A DNA stretch of 64,000 bases, from NCBI GenBank assembly GCA_021806925.1, contig JAKAPS010000001.1:1237-65236 (forward strand), given 5' to 3'. Origin of the DNA: a bacterium (lineage in GTDB: Bacteria > Patescibacteriota > Dojkabacteria > JAKAPS01). Both the position numbers and the translations under genes were made by a program. Below are positions 43,629-52,882 of the stretch, piece by piece. The notes beneath the pieces were generated by a model. That model made no database searches, was not told where the DNA came from, and was given only the letters and a program-made list of their open reading frames with translations. How positions within the stretch are numbered: the stretch's first letter is position 1; each line of letters opens with the position of its first letter.

Positions 43629-44768
43629 TTACAAAAGTATTTTATCAAGTGTTAGTAATGCTTCTTTAAACGGAATAATATCAATACCATCTATATACTG
43701 CATTACACTACCCCCATATATAACATGACATATAGCTGACGGATAATCCTTCCTGAATATCTTAAGATTTCTAATATCATTTGATGATATATTTCTTTTA
43801 CTCTTAATTTCGAAAGCATGAAGCTTATTATCATTGTATGCAATAAAATCCACCTCTACACCGCTTTTTGTCCTGTAATAATACAACTTATACCCTAGCT
43901 GCAAGTAATCATTGATTGCAAGTAAATTTTGAAAAAAAAGACTTTCTAATGCAATACCGCCTATTTCCTCAGGTTTATCAAATACACCATTTGGTCTTAT
44001 TGCTCTATATATTCCTACATCAAAAAAATAAAATTTACTATGGTTTATTAACCGTCTCTTCGCCTTTTTTGAAAAAAAAGGCAATCTTAAACCAACTAAC
44101 AGATCCTCAAGTATATTAAAATAAATTTCTACAACTTTCCTACCAACTGATGATTCTCTTCCAACCTCAGAAATATTTAACACTGAACCTTGTGAGAAGC
44201 TTGCAGCTTCTAAAAATCTTGAGAAAGATCCAATATTACGAGTGATCCCCTCTTGAATTATCTCTTGTTGCAGATATGTTTTAACATAATCTGATATATA
44301 CTTTTTCATATCTTCCTCATAAAATACTGATGGTAATCCACCAAATTCCAAGTAATTTTTCAGAGATAATCTCTCCCCCAATTCAATAGCAGTAAGTGGA
44401 TACATAAAGTATGTTAATGCCCTTCCACCTAGTAGGTTCTGTCCGCTTTTTCTTAGTTTCCTTGCACTAGAACCAGTTAATATAAATTTGTATTTCTCTA
44501 CCTCTATTAGACGATGCACCTCATTTAGTAATTCTGGGACCATTTGGATTTCGTCAATTATTATCCAATCTTTAAAATCTTGTTTAATAAAATCTGATAA
44601 TCTTGAAGGATTAGCAACAAGCCTTGTATATGTTTCTGAGTACAATAGGTCTATGTATATTGCGTTAGGAAATGTATTTTTAACCCATGTTGTTTTACCA
44701 GTCCCCCTTGCTCCAAATAAAAAGAAACTCTTGTTGGAAGGGAATTTTTTAAGTAGTCTTGTATACAT
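43629..44768 (-). CDS. AAA+ ATPase of the AAA_14/DUF4143 family (second copy)
   Basis: Walker A FGARGTGKTT, Walker B IIIDEIQ and a DUF4143-like C-terminus. The start is uncertain; the ORF track extends it to 44897. Confidence 0.75.
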   Translation of the reverse strand: MYTRLLKKFPSNKSFFLFGARGTGKTTWVKNTFPNAIYIDLLYSETYTRLVANPSRLSDFIKQDFKDWIIIDEIQMVPELLNEVHRLIEVEKYKFILTGSSARKLRKSGQNLLGGRALTYFMYPLTAIELGERLSLKNYLEFGGLPSVFYEEDMKKYISDYVKTYLQQEIIQEGITRNIGSFSRFLEAASFSQGSVLNISEVGRESSVGRKVVEIYFNILEDLLVGLRLPFFSKKAKRRLINHSKFYFFDVGIYRAIRPNGVFDKPEEIGGIALESLFFQNLLAINDYLQLGYKLYYYRTKSGVEVDFIAYNDNKLHAFEIKSKRNISSNDIRNLKIFRKDYPSAICHVIYGGSVMQYIDGIDIIPFKEALLTLDKILL

Positions 44769-44934
44769 ACTAGCATAGTATAACACACAAATACGGAGAA
44801 ATGGAATGGAAAATTCCAAAATGCCTGCCAAAATGGAGTTAGCGATTCCATTTTGACATAATTTTACATCTATAAAAAACTGCAATAAATCCACCAATTA
44901 CATGGTAAAGTCGATTATTATACGCATTATACCC

Positions 44935-45204
44935 CTATTTTATAGTGTTTGATCTATTTATAACTTCTAGTGGTTGTTTTCTTCCACCAGCAATATTTAA
45001 TATATCAAAAGGGTCCTGAATGTATGTAAATACTATCGTGTATAGAATAATAAAAACAGGAACATAAATTGTTATTGCTACAATAAAATGATATATGGAA
45101 ATAAAGCCAAAATAATTAAATATTTTACCACCAAATACATAAAATACGACTAGAAATAAAATAACAATTAATGCTTCTATTATACAACCAATTTGATTTT
45201 TCAT
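44935..45204 (-). CDS. Small membrane protein, hypothetical
   Basis: 89 aa, two TM helices. Confidence 0.25.
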   Translation of the reverse strand: MKNQIGCIIEALIVILFLVVFYVFGGKIFNYFGFISIYHFIVAITIYVPVFIILYTIVFTYIQDPFDILNIAGGRKQPLEVINRSNTIK

Positions 45205-47303
45205 TCTTCTATATTCCAGTTTATATTATCACCAGATTTTATATCCCCTTGTATTATTTTTTCAACAATAGGGTCTTCAATTTTCTCCTCAACCATTCTC
45301 TTTAATGGTCTTGCACCATATTTATCAGAAATGCCATTCTTTGCAATAAATTCAATTGATTCATCTGGTACTGTCAATGTTATATTCTTATCTTTTAATC
45401 TACTAGCTAAATCTTTAATAAATATCTCAACTATTTTCTTTCCAGCATCAACATTTAGTTTGTTGAATTTAATTATCTTATCAATTCTATTTAAAAATTC
45501 AACTCTAAAGAATGTATTAAGCTTATACTCATCAACAATATTTGACGTCATAATAATAATTGTGTTCTTAAAATCAACAGTTTTACCCTGTCCATCAGTA
45601 AGTCTACCATCATCAAGAACTTGCAAAAATATATCAAATATTTTTGGATTTGCTTTTTCGACCTCATCAAGAAGAATTAAAGAATATGGTTTCTGCAACA
45701 CTTTATTTGTTAATTGGCCGCCTTCCTCATATCCTACATAACCTGGAGGAGCTCCAACCAATCTATCAACAGTATGCGTCTCTGAGTATTCACTCATATC
45801 AATTCTAATCATTGCACTTTCATCCTTGTATATTACATTGGCAAGTGCTTTTGCTAATTGAGTTTTTCCAGTACCAGACGGACCAAGAAATAGGAATGAT
45901 CCAATGGGTCTCTTTGGATCTCTTAATCCAGCACGTGACCTCTTTATAGTCTTTGATACTGCCTCAACTGCTTCATCCTGACCAATAACACTCTTTTCAA
46001 GTATATTTTCTAGATTCTGCAAATCCTGTATTTCCTGTAAAGAAATATCCTCAATAGGTATATTTGTTTTTTGAGCAAGAACAAATTTCATAGTACTTAT
46101 AGATATCTCGTCTTCATTCTTTATTTTTGATTGAGAAATTGAATCATCAATAAGAGAAATTGCACTCGCAGGTAAAAAAGTATCATGTATGTACCTTTTT
46201 GCAAGTGAAATAGCTAAATCTGAAAATCCATTTTCAAATTTCACACCTTTTTCTCTCTCAATGTATGAAACAACAATTTTTTTCACTAAGTCAGCCTCAG
46301 GTTCATCCATAAAAACAATTTCACTATTCTTTATCAAATTCTTGTTATTCTTCATCATCAATTGATATAGAGAGAAATCAATTGGAATTACTGCGTAAAA
46401 TGGAGATAATAGGATATCATTTATTAAGTCTTCATAATCCTCTTTAAGTGTCCTGTTATCAGATCCGTTTGATTCAAGATTTTCTAAATATATAACTACC
46501 TTATTCTTGTTATTTAGTACACTTGATATTTTCTTTATATTATATATTCTTTCTAAATAATCTGGTTTTGATAAATCAACATCATATATTATCGATCCCT
46601 TGAATATGGAATCATTACCATCTGAAATATTTGCAAGCAGGTATTTTGTTGATTTCTTACCTATTCCGTCATTTCCAACTAATAGTACATTTCTTTTTGT
46701 GTTTTTGTAGAATATCCTTATAATCTGTTCTGTTATATTATCCCTTGGAATATACGATTCATCAGCTTGTAAATTAATTAATGGATTATCCTCATCACTT
46801 TCTTTGTTATTAAGAAATTCTGATGAATATATATCAGTAGATTTTTCATTTGGTATATTTAGAGATTTTGCAATGAAATTAGAATCAATATCAATATATT
46901 TTTTTCTTGCTAGTGCATATAGAAGAGTACAAGGCGTAACAAATTTGTAATTTAAAGTTATTGATATATTGGTAGCATCAATTAAGCATTCATTAACCGA
47001 CTGTTTCATCGTTATTTTATCTATATTCTTCAATCCATTCTTCCCAGATGACTTTGATTCGTCATTTATCTTGTTACTACAATTACTTATGAATGAATTT
47101 TGGAATCCCATCTTCCTTACTATATCAATAGATTCTGTATCTATATTAAGTATTGCATATGCAATTACATCCTCATTTATCTCTTTAATTTTCTTCCTAT
47201 AGCAAATAGAACCAGACATAGATAATACGTCAAGCAATGTTTCAGATAAGAATGCTGTTAAATCTATAATATTAAAACTTTTAACTCCATCTCTATTATC
47301 CAT
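45201..47303 (-). CDS. ClpC/ClpB-family AAA+ chaperone with Clp_N domain, degenerate D1 and intact D2
   Basis: D2 region VIGQDEAVEAVSKTIKRSRAGLRDPKRPIGSFLFLGPSGTGKTQLAKALA...LLDEVEKANPKIFDIFLQVLDDGRLTD...IIMTSN. The D1 Walker A reads GNDGIGKKS, which is non-canonical. Confidence 0.8.
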   Translation of the reverse strand: MDNRDGVKSFNIIDLTAFLSETLLDVLSMSGSICYRKKIKEINEDVIAYAILNIDTESIDIVRKMGFQNSFISNCSNKINDESKSSGKNGLKNIDKITMKQSVNECLIDATNISITLNYKFVTPCTLLYALARKKYIDIDSNFIAKSLNIPNEKSTDIYSSEFLNNKESDEDNPLINLQADESYIPRDNITEQIIRIFYKNTKRNVLLVGNDGIGKKSTKYLLANISDGNDSIFKGSIIYDVDLSKPDYLERIYNIKKISSVLNNKNKVVIYLENLESNGSDNRTLKEDYEDLINDILLSPFYAVIPIDFSLYQLMMKNNKNLIKNSEIVFMDEPEADLVKKIVVSYIEREKGVKFENGFSDLAISLAKRYIHDTFLPASAISLIDDSISQSKIKNEDEISISTMKFVLAQKTNIPIEDISLQEIQDLQNLENILEKSVIGQDEAVEAVSKTIKRSRAGLRDPKRPIGSFLFLGPSGTGKTQLAKALANVIYKDESAMIRIDMSEYSETHTVDRLVGAPPGYVGYEEGGQLTNKVLQKPYSLILLDEVEKANPKIFDIFLQVLDDGRLTDGQGKTVDFKNTIIIMTSNIVDEYKLNTFFRVEFLNRIDKIIKFNKLNVDAGKKIVEIFIKDLASRLKDKNITLTVPDESIEFIAKNGISDKYGARPLKRMVEEKIEDPIVEKIIQGDIKSGDNINWNIEE

Positions 47304-47305
47304 AA

Positions 47306-47578
47306 TTAGAATGTAATAAATATAACATAGTAAGTAATTGCTAATGTGATTAGAAATACAAGTGACGTAGCTGAAAGCACTATAATTCTATATACTTTAT
47401 TCTTTTCCCTTATCTTAACATTTACAAATAACGGGTATTTATATGTAAATTTGAAACCATGTTCAGAAACCAGAAAAGATCCAAAATTAAAACAGTTATC
47501 GCACCCTTTCCCATGGCATACATGACACCTCTCAACCTTAAATGTTCCATATACACTTTTAATTTGATTTAAATCCAT
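47306..47578 (-). CDS. Zinc-ribbon (CxxC...CxxC) protein with C-terminal TM helix
   Basis: CHVCHGKGCDNC followed by a hydrophobic tail. Confidence 0.35.
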   Translation of the reverse strand: MDLNQIKSVYGTFKVERCHVCHGKGCDNCFNFGSFLVSEHGFKFTYKYPLFVNVKIREKNKVYRIIVLSATSLVFLITLAITYYVIFITF

Positions 47579-47815
47579 TACCCTAATGTATATTATACAT
47601 AATTATTGATCTGATTCAAGAATTATGTAGATTCTAATATTCAATTGTTAATCTTCTTCCCAACTTGATTAGTTTATGTGATGAAATGAATGATAATATA
47701 TACCACATTCCTTAAGAAACTTTTAACGATTTTTAATTTATTGACAAAATCCATATAAGTGTTTAGTCTAAATATAGTGTTAATAAAAATACAAGAAGGG
47801 GGTGACATATAGATT

Positions 47816-47923
47816 ATGGCAGTAGCAAAAAAGAAACCAGCTGCAAAAAAGGTTGTAAAAAAGACCGTAAAGAAGGCTGCACCTAAAAAGAAAACCGCAA
47901 CTAAAAAATCAACAAAAAGATAA
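47816..47923 (+). CDS. 35-aa Lys/Ala-rich basic protein (histone H1-like or ribosome-associated?)
   Basis: MAVAKKKPAAKKVVKKTVKKAAPKKKTATKKSTKR. A strong SD site (AAGGGGGTGA) lies 7 nt upstream and a terminator follows. The gene is absent from the ORF track because it is shorter than 60 aa. Confidence 0.5.
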   Translation: MAVAKKKPAAKKVVKKTVKKAAPKKKTATKKSTKR

Positions 47924-47946
47924 TAATTTTTCTTTATTGATTTAGA

Positions 47947-47980
47947 TAGCCCTTGATTTTTTGAGGGCTATTTTTATTTC
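47947..47980 (+). terminator. Rho-independent terminator
   Basis: Hairpin TAGCCCT-(10 nt)-AGGGCTA followed by TTTTTATTTCTATTTTTTT. Confidence 0.65.
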
Positions 47981-48027
47981 TATTTTTTTCGCTTATACTG
48001 TTAGAATATATTTCAGTAAATATCTTT

Positions 48028-50163
48028 ATGGATAATTCTCTTAACGATAAACAAAAGGAAGCTGTTGAATATTTTGACTCACCACTTCTTGTAATAGCAG
48101 GAGCAGGTAGCGGAAAAACAAAGACACTTACATATAAAATATATTTTTTAATAAAGGAATTAAAATATAGTCCACAAAATATATTAGCAGTCACTTTCAC
48201 AAATAAAGCTGCTAATGAAATGAAAACCCGTATAAATGAATTATTAAATGAAAATATATCCCTTCCATTTTTAGGGACATTTCACTCAATTTGTGTGAAA
48301 ATACTTAGGAGCCATGGTAATATATTGGAAATACCCAACAATTTCAACATATATGATACATCTGATAGCGAGAAGGCAATACTACAAGCGATGGAAATAT
48401 TAAGAATTTCGCCTAAATCGATATCAGTGAAATCCGCTAAATCATTCATACAAAATTGTAAAAATGAATTAACTGCACCTGAAGACTACCCTGTTTATTC
48501 AAACTCTGCAAGTGGTTTGATATCAATCTATAACACATATACAGAAATCTTAAAACAAAGTAAGGCTCTTGATTTTGACGATCTATTACTTAAGACTGTT
48601 GAATTACTTAAGTATAGAGACGAATTGGAATATTTTAGAAATAAATTTCAATATATTTTAGTTGATGAGTATCAGGATACCAATGTTGCACAATATACAT
48701 TAATAAAGATGCTTGTTGGAGATAGAAATAATATATTTTGTGTAGGTGATCCTGATCAAAATATCTATTCATTTAGAGGAGCAAATATAAATAATATATT
48801 GAATTTTGAAAAAGACTATAAAAATTGTAAAGTAATTACATTAGATCAGAATTATAGATCATCGAAAACCATACTTGAGGCTAGTGAAAACATAATAAAG
48901 AAGAATTCACAGAGAAAGGATAAAAACATGTGGACCACAAATCCAAATGGAAACAAAATAATTCATTACTGTGGACTTGATGAAGAAGATGAAGCAAATT
49001 TTGTTAAAGATATAGTTTTAAAAAATTATGATAAAAATGATATCGCTGTTCTTTATAGGACAAATGCACAATCCCGTGCAATTGAAGAAGTTTTGATAAG
49101 ATACGCAATATCATATAGGCTAATAGGTGGATTAAAGTTTTATGACAGAAAAGAGATAAAAGATTTATTAGCTTTCTTTAAATTAATTCACAACCCATAT
49201 GATACAATATCATTTTCAAGAATAATAAACATACCTCCAAGGGGAATAGGTGCTGTAACAATAAAAAGAATTATTTCAAATGCATTAAATAATCAAACTG
49301 ATTTAGTGTCTGCTTTATTAAATGATAAAAAATTAATGAGTAAAGAGGCTATATACAACTTTTCAAATTCATTAAAAGAATGGATTGAAAATATCAAAAA
49401 CAATAAAACAAATTTAAAGGACTTACTTGTTGATATTTTATACAAAACTAAATATCTGGAATATATTAAAAAATCTGAAGAGGAAGATTTTGAGACAAGA
49501 AAAGAAAATATATCTGAATTGTTTACAGTTATAAACTCATATATATTAGGTGATGACGCAGCTAATTTGCTAAACAAGTTCATTGAAGATACAGCTCTTG
49601 TTGAAAATACTTCTGATAATAACCTTGATGAAGAAAACAATAAACCACAGGTAACTTTAATGAGCATTCATAACGCTAAGGGGCTGGAGTTTCATACAGT
49701 AATATTAACTGGACTTGAGGAAGGTCTTTTTCCTCATTCAAGATCGCTAAATGAGCCTAATGATATGGAAGAAGAAAGGAGACTATGCTATGTTGCAGTT
49801 ACAAGAGCAATTAAGCAATTATACATAACTCATACGTATGTAAGAAATATTTATGGACAGAGTACACAAAATAGAAAGTCAAGATTTATTGATGATATTC
49901 CAAGCAATCTTATTGAAGAATTTAAAGGGAAAAAAGCAAAGAAACGTGAAAGTAAATACAATAATACTAAATCAACTAGCACTGAAGAAGGTTTCAATGA
50001 TATGACATACATGTTAAAGACTGGACAAAGAGTTAATCATGAAATATATGGTGCTGGTAATATTATTGATTTTGATAAAGAAATAGTTTTAATTGATTTT
50101 GATAACTATGGGAAAAAGAAGATACTTATCTCTTTTGCTGATAATTTAGAATTATTGAAGTAA
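48028..50163 (+). CDS. UvrD/PcrA/Rep-family ATP-dependent DNA helicase
   Basis: Motif I AGAGSGKT, Ia TFTNKAANEM, II VDEYQDTN, III GDPDQNIYSFRGA, plus the remaining SF1 motifs in order. Confidence 0.9.
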   Translation: MDNSLNDKQKEAVEYFDSPLLVIAGAGSGKTKTLTYKIYFLIKELKYSPQNILAVTFTNKAANEMKTRINELLNENISLPFLGTFHSICVKILRSHGNILEIPNNFNIYDTSDSEKAILQAMEILRISPKSISVKSAKSFIQNCKNELTAPEDYPVYSNSASGLISIYNTYTEILKQSKALDFDDLLLKTVELLKYRDELEYFRNKFQYILVDEYQDTNVAQYTLIKMLVGDRNNIFCVGDPDQNIYSFRGANINNILNFEKDYKNCKVITLDQNYRSSKTILEASENIIKKNSQRKDKNMWTTNPNGNKIIHYCGLDEEDEANFVKDIVLKNYDKNDIAVLYRTNAQSRAIEEVLIRYAISYRLIGGLKFYDRKEIKDLLAFFKLIHNPYDTISFSRIINIPPRGIGAVTIKRIISNALNNQTDLVSALLNDKKLMSKEAIYNFSNSLKEWIENIKNNKTNLKDLLVDILYKTKYLEYIKKSEEEDFETRKENISELFTVINSYILGDDAANLLNKFIEDTALVENTSDNNLDEENNKPQVTLMSIHNAKGLEFHTVILTGLEEGLFPHSRSLNEPNDMEEERRLCYVAVTRAIKQLYITHTYVRNIYGQSTQNRKSRFIDDIPSNLIEEFKGKKAKKRESKYNNTKSTSTEEGFNDMTYMLKTGQRVNHEIYGAGNIIDFDKEIVLIDFDNYGKKKILISFADNLELLK

Positions 50164-50179
50164 AGATTAAATTAAGAAA

Positions 50180-51025
50180 ATGGGAAATACAAGAATAGAA
50201 AATATAAATGCACTGATTAAGGCCTGCCAAAACAAGATGGTAAGAACAGAATTCATTAGTAATAATGCAGTAATTGTTGATAATAGATTCTTATTCATAA
50301 ACTTTAAAACACCGCTTAATTCATCTTCATTTGAAAAATTATGCAACGATAAAGATTTCTCATTTATTGCATTTGGTAAACATGTAAAAATACCGAGATA
50401 TATATCTTTTCTTGACCCTAACATTGATAAAAAGTACAAGGACATGGGATTTACTGTATATGATTCAATTGAGGACATAGCGTGTGAAATATATAGGCAA
50501 TTTGAAAACAATATGCCATGCATTATAAAAAAGAACTCAGGTAGTCTTGGAGTTAACGTGTTCAAGACAGGAAACTATGATGACATTCTATCTGCTGTTA
50601 ATAAGATATTTAATAATGACAAGAATTATGACTATCTTCTAATTGCGTCTGAATATATTTATATAAAGACAGAGTATAGAGTTGTTGTTTTAAATAATAA
50701 GATTGAACTTGTTTACCTTAAAGACAATTCAGGTGCAAAATTTGTAGGAAATCTATCCCCTCTTCATTTTGATAATTCAAAAGCAGTAAAGATTATGGAC
50801 AGTAAAGTTATAAAACGTATAGAGATGTTTTTGAAACCTTTGTTTGATAATTTTGCGATTAATTTTGCAGGATTTGATATTGCAATAGATAATAATAATG
50901 AAATGTATTTCATTGAAATAAACTCTTCACCTGGATTTGAGATATATATAAGGGATAATGGATATAATGATATAGTAATCCTTTATGAAAAAATGATTGA
51001 ATATTTAAATAAGTTGCCTAAATAA
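50180..51025 (+). CDS. ATP-grasp domain protein (RimK/GshB-like)
   Basis: CIIKKNSGSLGVNVF, KTEYRVVVLNNKIELVY and MYFIEINSSPGFEI. Confidence 0.5.
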   Translation: MGNTRIENINALIKACQNKMVRTEFISNNAVIVDNRFLFINFKTPLNSSSFEKLCNDKDFSFIAFGKHVKIPRYISFLDPNIDKKYKDMGFTVYDSIEDIACEIYRQFENNMPCIIKKNSGSLGVNVFKTGNYDDILSAVNKIFNNDKNYDYLLIASEYIYIKTEYRVVVLNNKIELVYLKDNSGAKFVGNLSPLHFDNSKAVKIMDSKVIKRIEMFLKPLFDNFAINFAGFDIAIDNNNEMYFIEINSSPGFEIYIRDNGYNDIVILYEKMIEYLNKLPK

Positions 51026-51050
51026 ATATTTCTAATCTAAAATAAATGTA

Positions 51051-52778
51051 ATGTATATAAAGGATGTTATAAAAGATGCTAAGCAATATGCCAGGCATCT
51101 TGGAAAAATGCGAGTTAGCCCAAATATTCTTCTTTTTGCAATGTTGAAAGATAAAAAAATAGAAGCTGATTTCGTAATTAACAATTCAAATATAAATTTT
51201 TTAAAATATATACTTAATCCGAATGTTCTAAAAACAACAAATTCTCCTAGAAACATTCAGCTTTCAACTTCTCTTCAGCGTATTGTATCAGGATATAAGA
51301 GGAGTGACTCGGCATATGATCTGTTTATACGTCTACACAATGAGAAATACATACGGGATATATTAAGTATTGCTGATTATTCATATAAACAGAATGAGGA
51401 TTTGTATGGTTTTTTCATAAAAAAATATTGTAACAAATTACAGACAGGTAAAGTACTTGATAAGCAAGTTCCTGTATATAGGAAAATGCTTAGGGCATCA
51501 AAGCACCATAATATATCTCTAATAACTTCAAGCGGAAATATGTCGAGCGAAGTCATAAAAAATTTTGCAAAATATGTTGATAAAAAGAGTACAATATTTT
51601 CATTTGATTTATTCAAATTACTTTCTGAGTCTGAGGGCAGTCTATTTTCTATTGTAAGCGGAATATTTAGTGAGATTGATAACAACTATATATATATCCC
51701 TAATTTTCTACAGACAGTGTATTGGATTAAGGCACTCAACTACAAGGACCTATATATGTTGCTTCTTACAAAATCAAAACAATGTAAAATAATAACTAAA
51801 GTATCAAGAAATAGACTTGATAGAGATATTTATGCTGAAGGGAATATAATGAATATGTTCTTTATAAATTCACCACAAGTAACTTTTAATGAATTAAGGG
51901 ATATATTATGCGAAAAGGCAAAAGAGTATGAACTATTCTATGACATCAATATAACATCAAAGGAAATTGATGATGCAATAAAATCAAGTATTGAGTTTTC
52001 AAAATATTTATCCCAACCAGCAAGTTCGATTAAAATGCTTTCAAGAACTGCACTGATTAAATATTCTAATGAGGAAGAAAAGTTTAATATAGATCACAAC
52101 AATGATAATATACAGAACAATGTAAATAAATTATTAAAATTAAAAACAATTCTTCTTGATAATATAATTGGACAAAATCAACAAATAGATAGCTTTGTAG
52201 AATCCTTGGGAAAGGCTAATCTTAACAATGATAATATGATTCTATTGAATTACATATTTGAAGGAGAGTATGGCGTTGGTAAATTCACTTTAGCCAGATT
52301 AACTGCTAACTTCCTTTTTGGTCAGGACTCTATATGTTTTATTGATTTAAGTAATTATGCTAAGACACCATACAAATATAAGTTTGAATATGATTTAAAG
52401 AGAACATTAGAGAGTTTTTATGGTGGAATAATATATTTAGAAAACTTTGATCAAATTGATATGGATGAGATAAATCCGTTAGAATTAATAAAGAAATTAT
52501 TAAAAGAAATACCTCAAAGTTCATATATTCTTGGATGTATTGTTATTGCATCGATTCATAATAATCTACAGAATTTAAAGAATAGTATAAGTATAATCAA
52601 CAACTTCGATAAAATAATAATATTCAATAAATTATCAATTCGAGATCTAGAGAAAATATCTGTAATGGAAACTGTTAAATCAAAGAAATATATAAAAACA
52701 GTTCGTAACCCTCTATTTCTTTCTGTAAATGCAGAGATTAACAATGCACATGATATAAAGGCAATGACACTTAAATAA
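51051..52778 (+). CDS. ClpB/ClpA-like protein with Clp_N-like N-terminus and a degenerate (probably inactive) AAA+ module
   Basis: Clp_N-like AKQYARHLGKMRVSPNILLFAML. D2-like DNIIGQNQQIDSFVESLGKA with Walker A GEYGVGKFT (Thr changed to Phe), Walker B IIYLENFD (DE changed to EN) and an SRC-like region. Confidence 0.45.
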   Translation: MYIKDVIKDAKQYARHLGKMRVSPNILLFAMLKDKKIEADFVINNSNINFLKYILNPNVLKTTNSPRNIQLSTSLQRIVSGYKRSDSAYDLFIRLHNEKYIRDILSIADYSYKQNEDLYGFFIKKYCNKLQTGKVLDKQVPVYRKMLRASKHHNISLITSSGNMSSEVIKNFAKYVDKKSTIFSFDLFKLLSESEGSLFSIVSGIFSEIDNNYIYIPNFLQTVYWIKALNYKDLYMLLLTKSKQCKIITKVSRNRLDRDIYAEGNIMNMFFINSPQVTFNELRDILCEKAKEYELFYDINITSKEIDDAIKSSIEFSKYLSQPASSIKMLSRTALIKYSNEEEKFNIDHNNDNIQNNVNKLLKLKTILLDNIIGQNQQIDSFVESLGKANLNNDNMILLNYIFEGEYGVGKFTLARLTANFLFGQDSICFIDLSNYAKTPYKYKFEYDLKRTLESFYGGIIYLENFDQIDMDEINPLELIKKLLKEIPQSSYILGCIVIASIHNNLQNLKNSISIINNFDKIIIFNKLSIRDLEKISVMETVKSKKYIKTVRNPLFLSVNAEINNAHDIKAMTLK

Positions 52779-52882
52779 GGAGTTAAGTTAGAATTATAAG
52801 ATTTATAGACACATGAAAATTGTATTTTTACTTTAAAATTCAATTATATTATGTTTTCTGGTATCATCAATAGGGAAATTAA

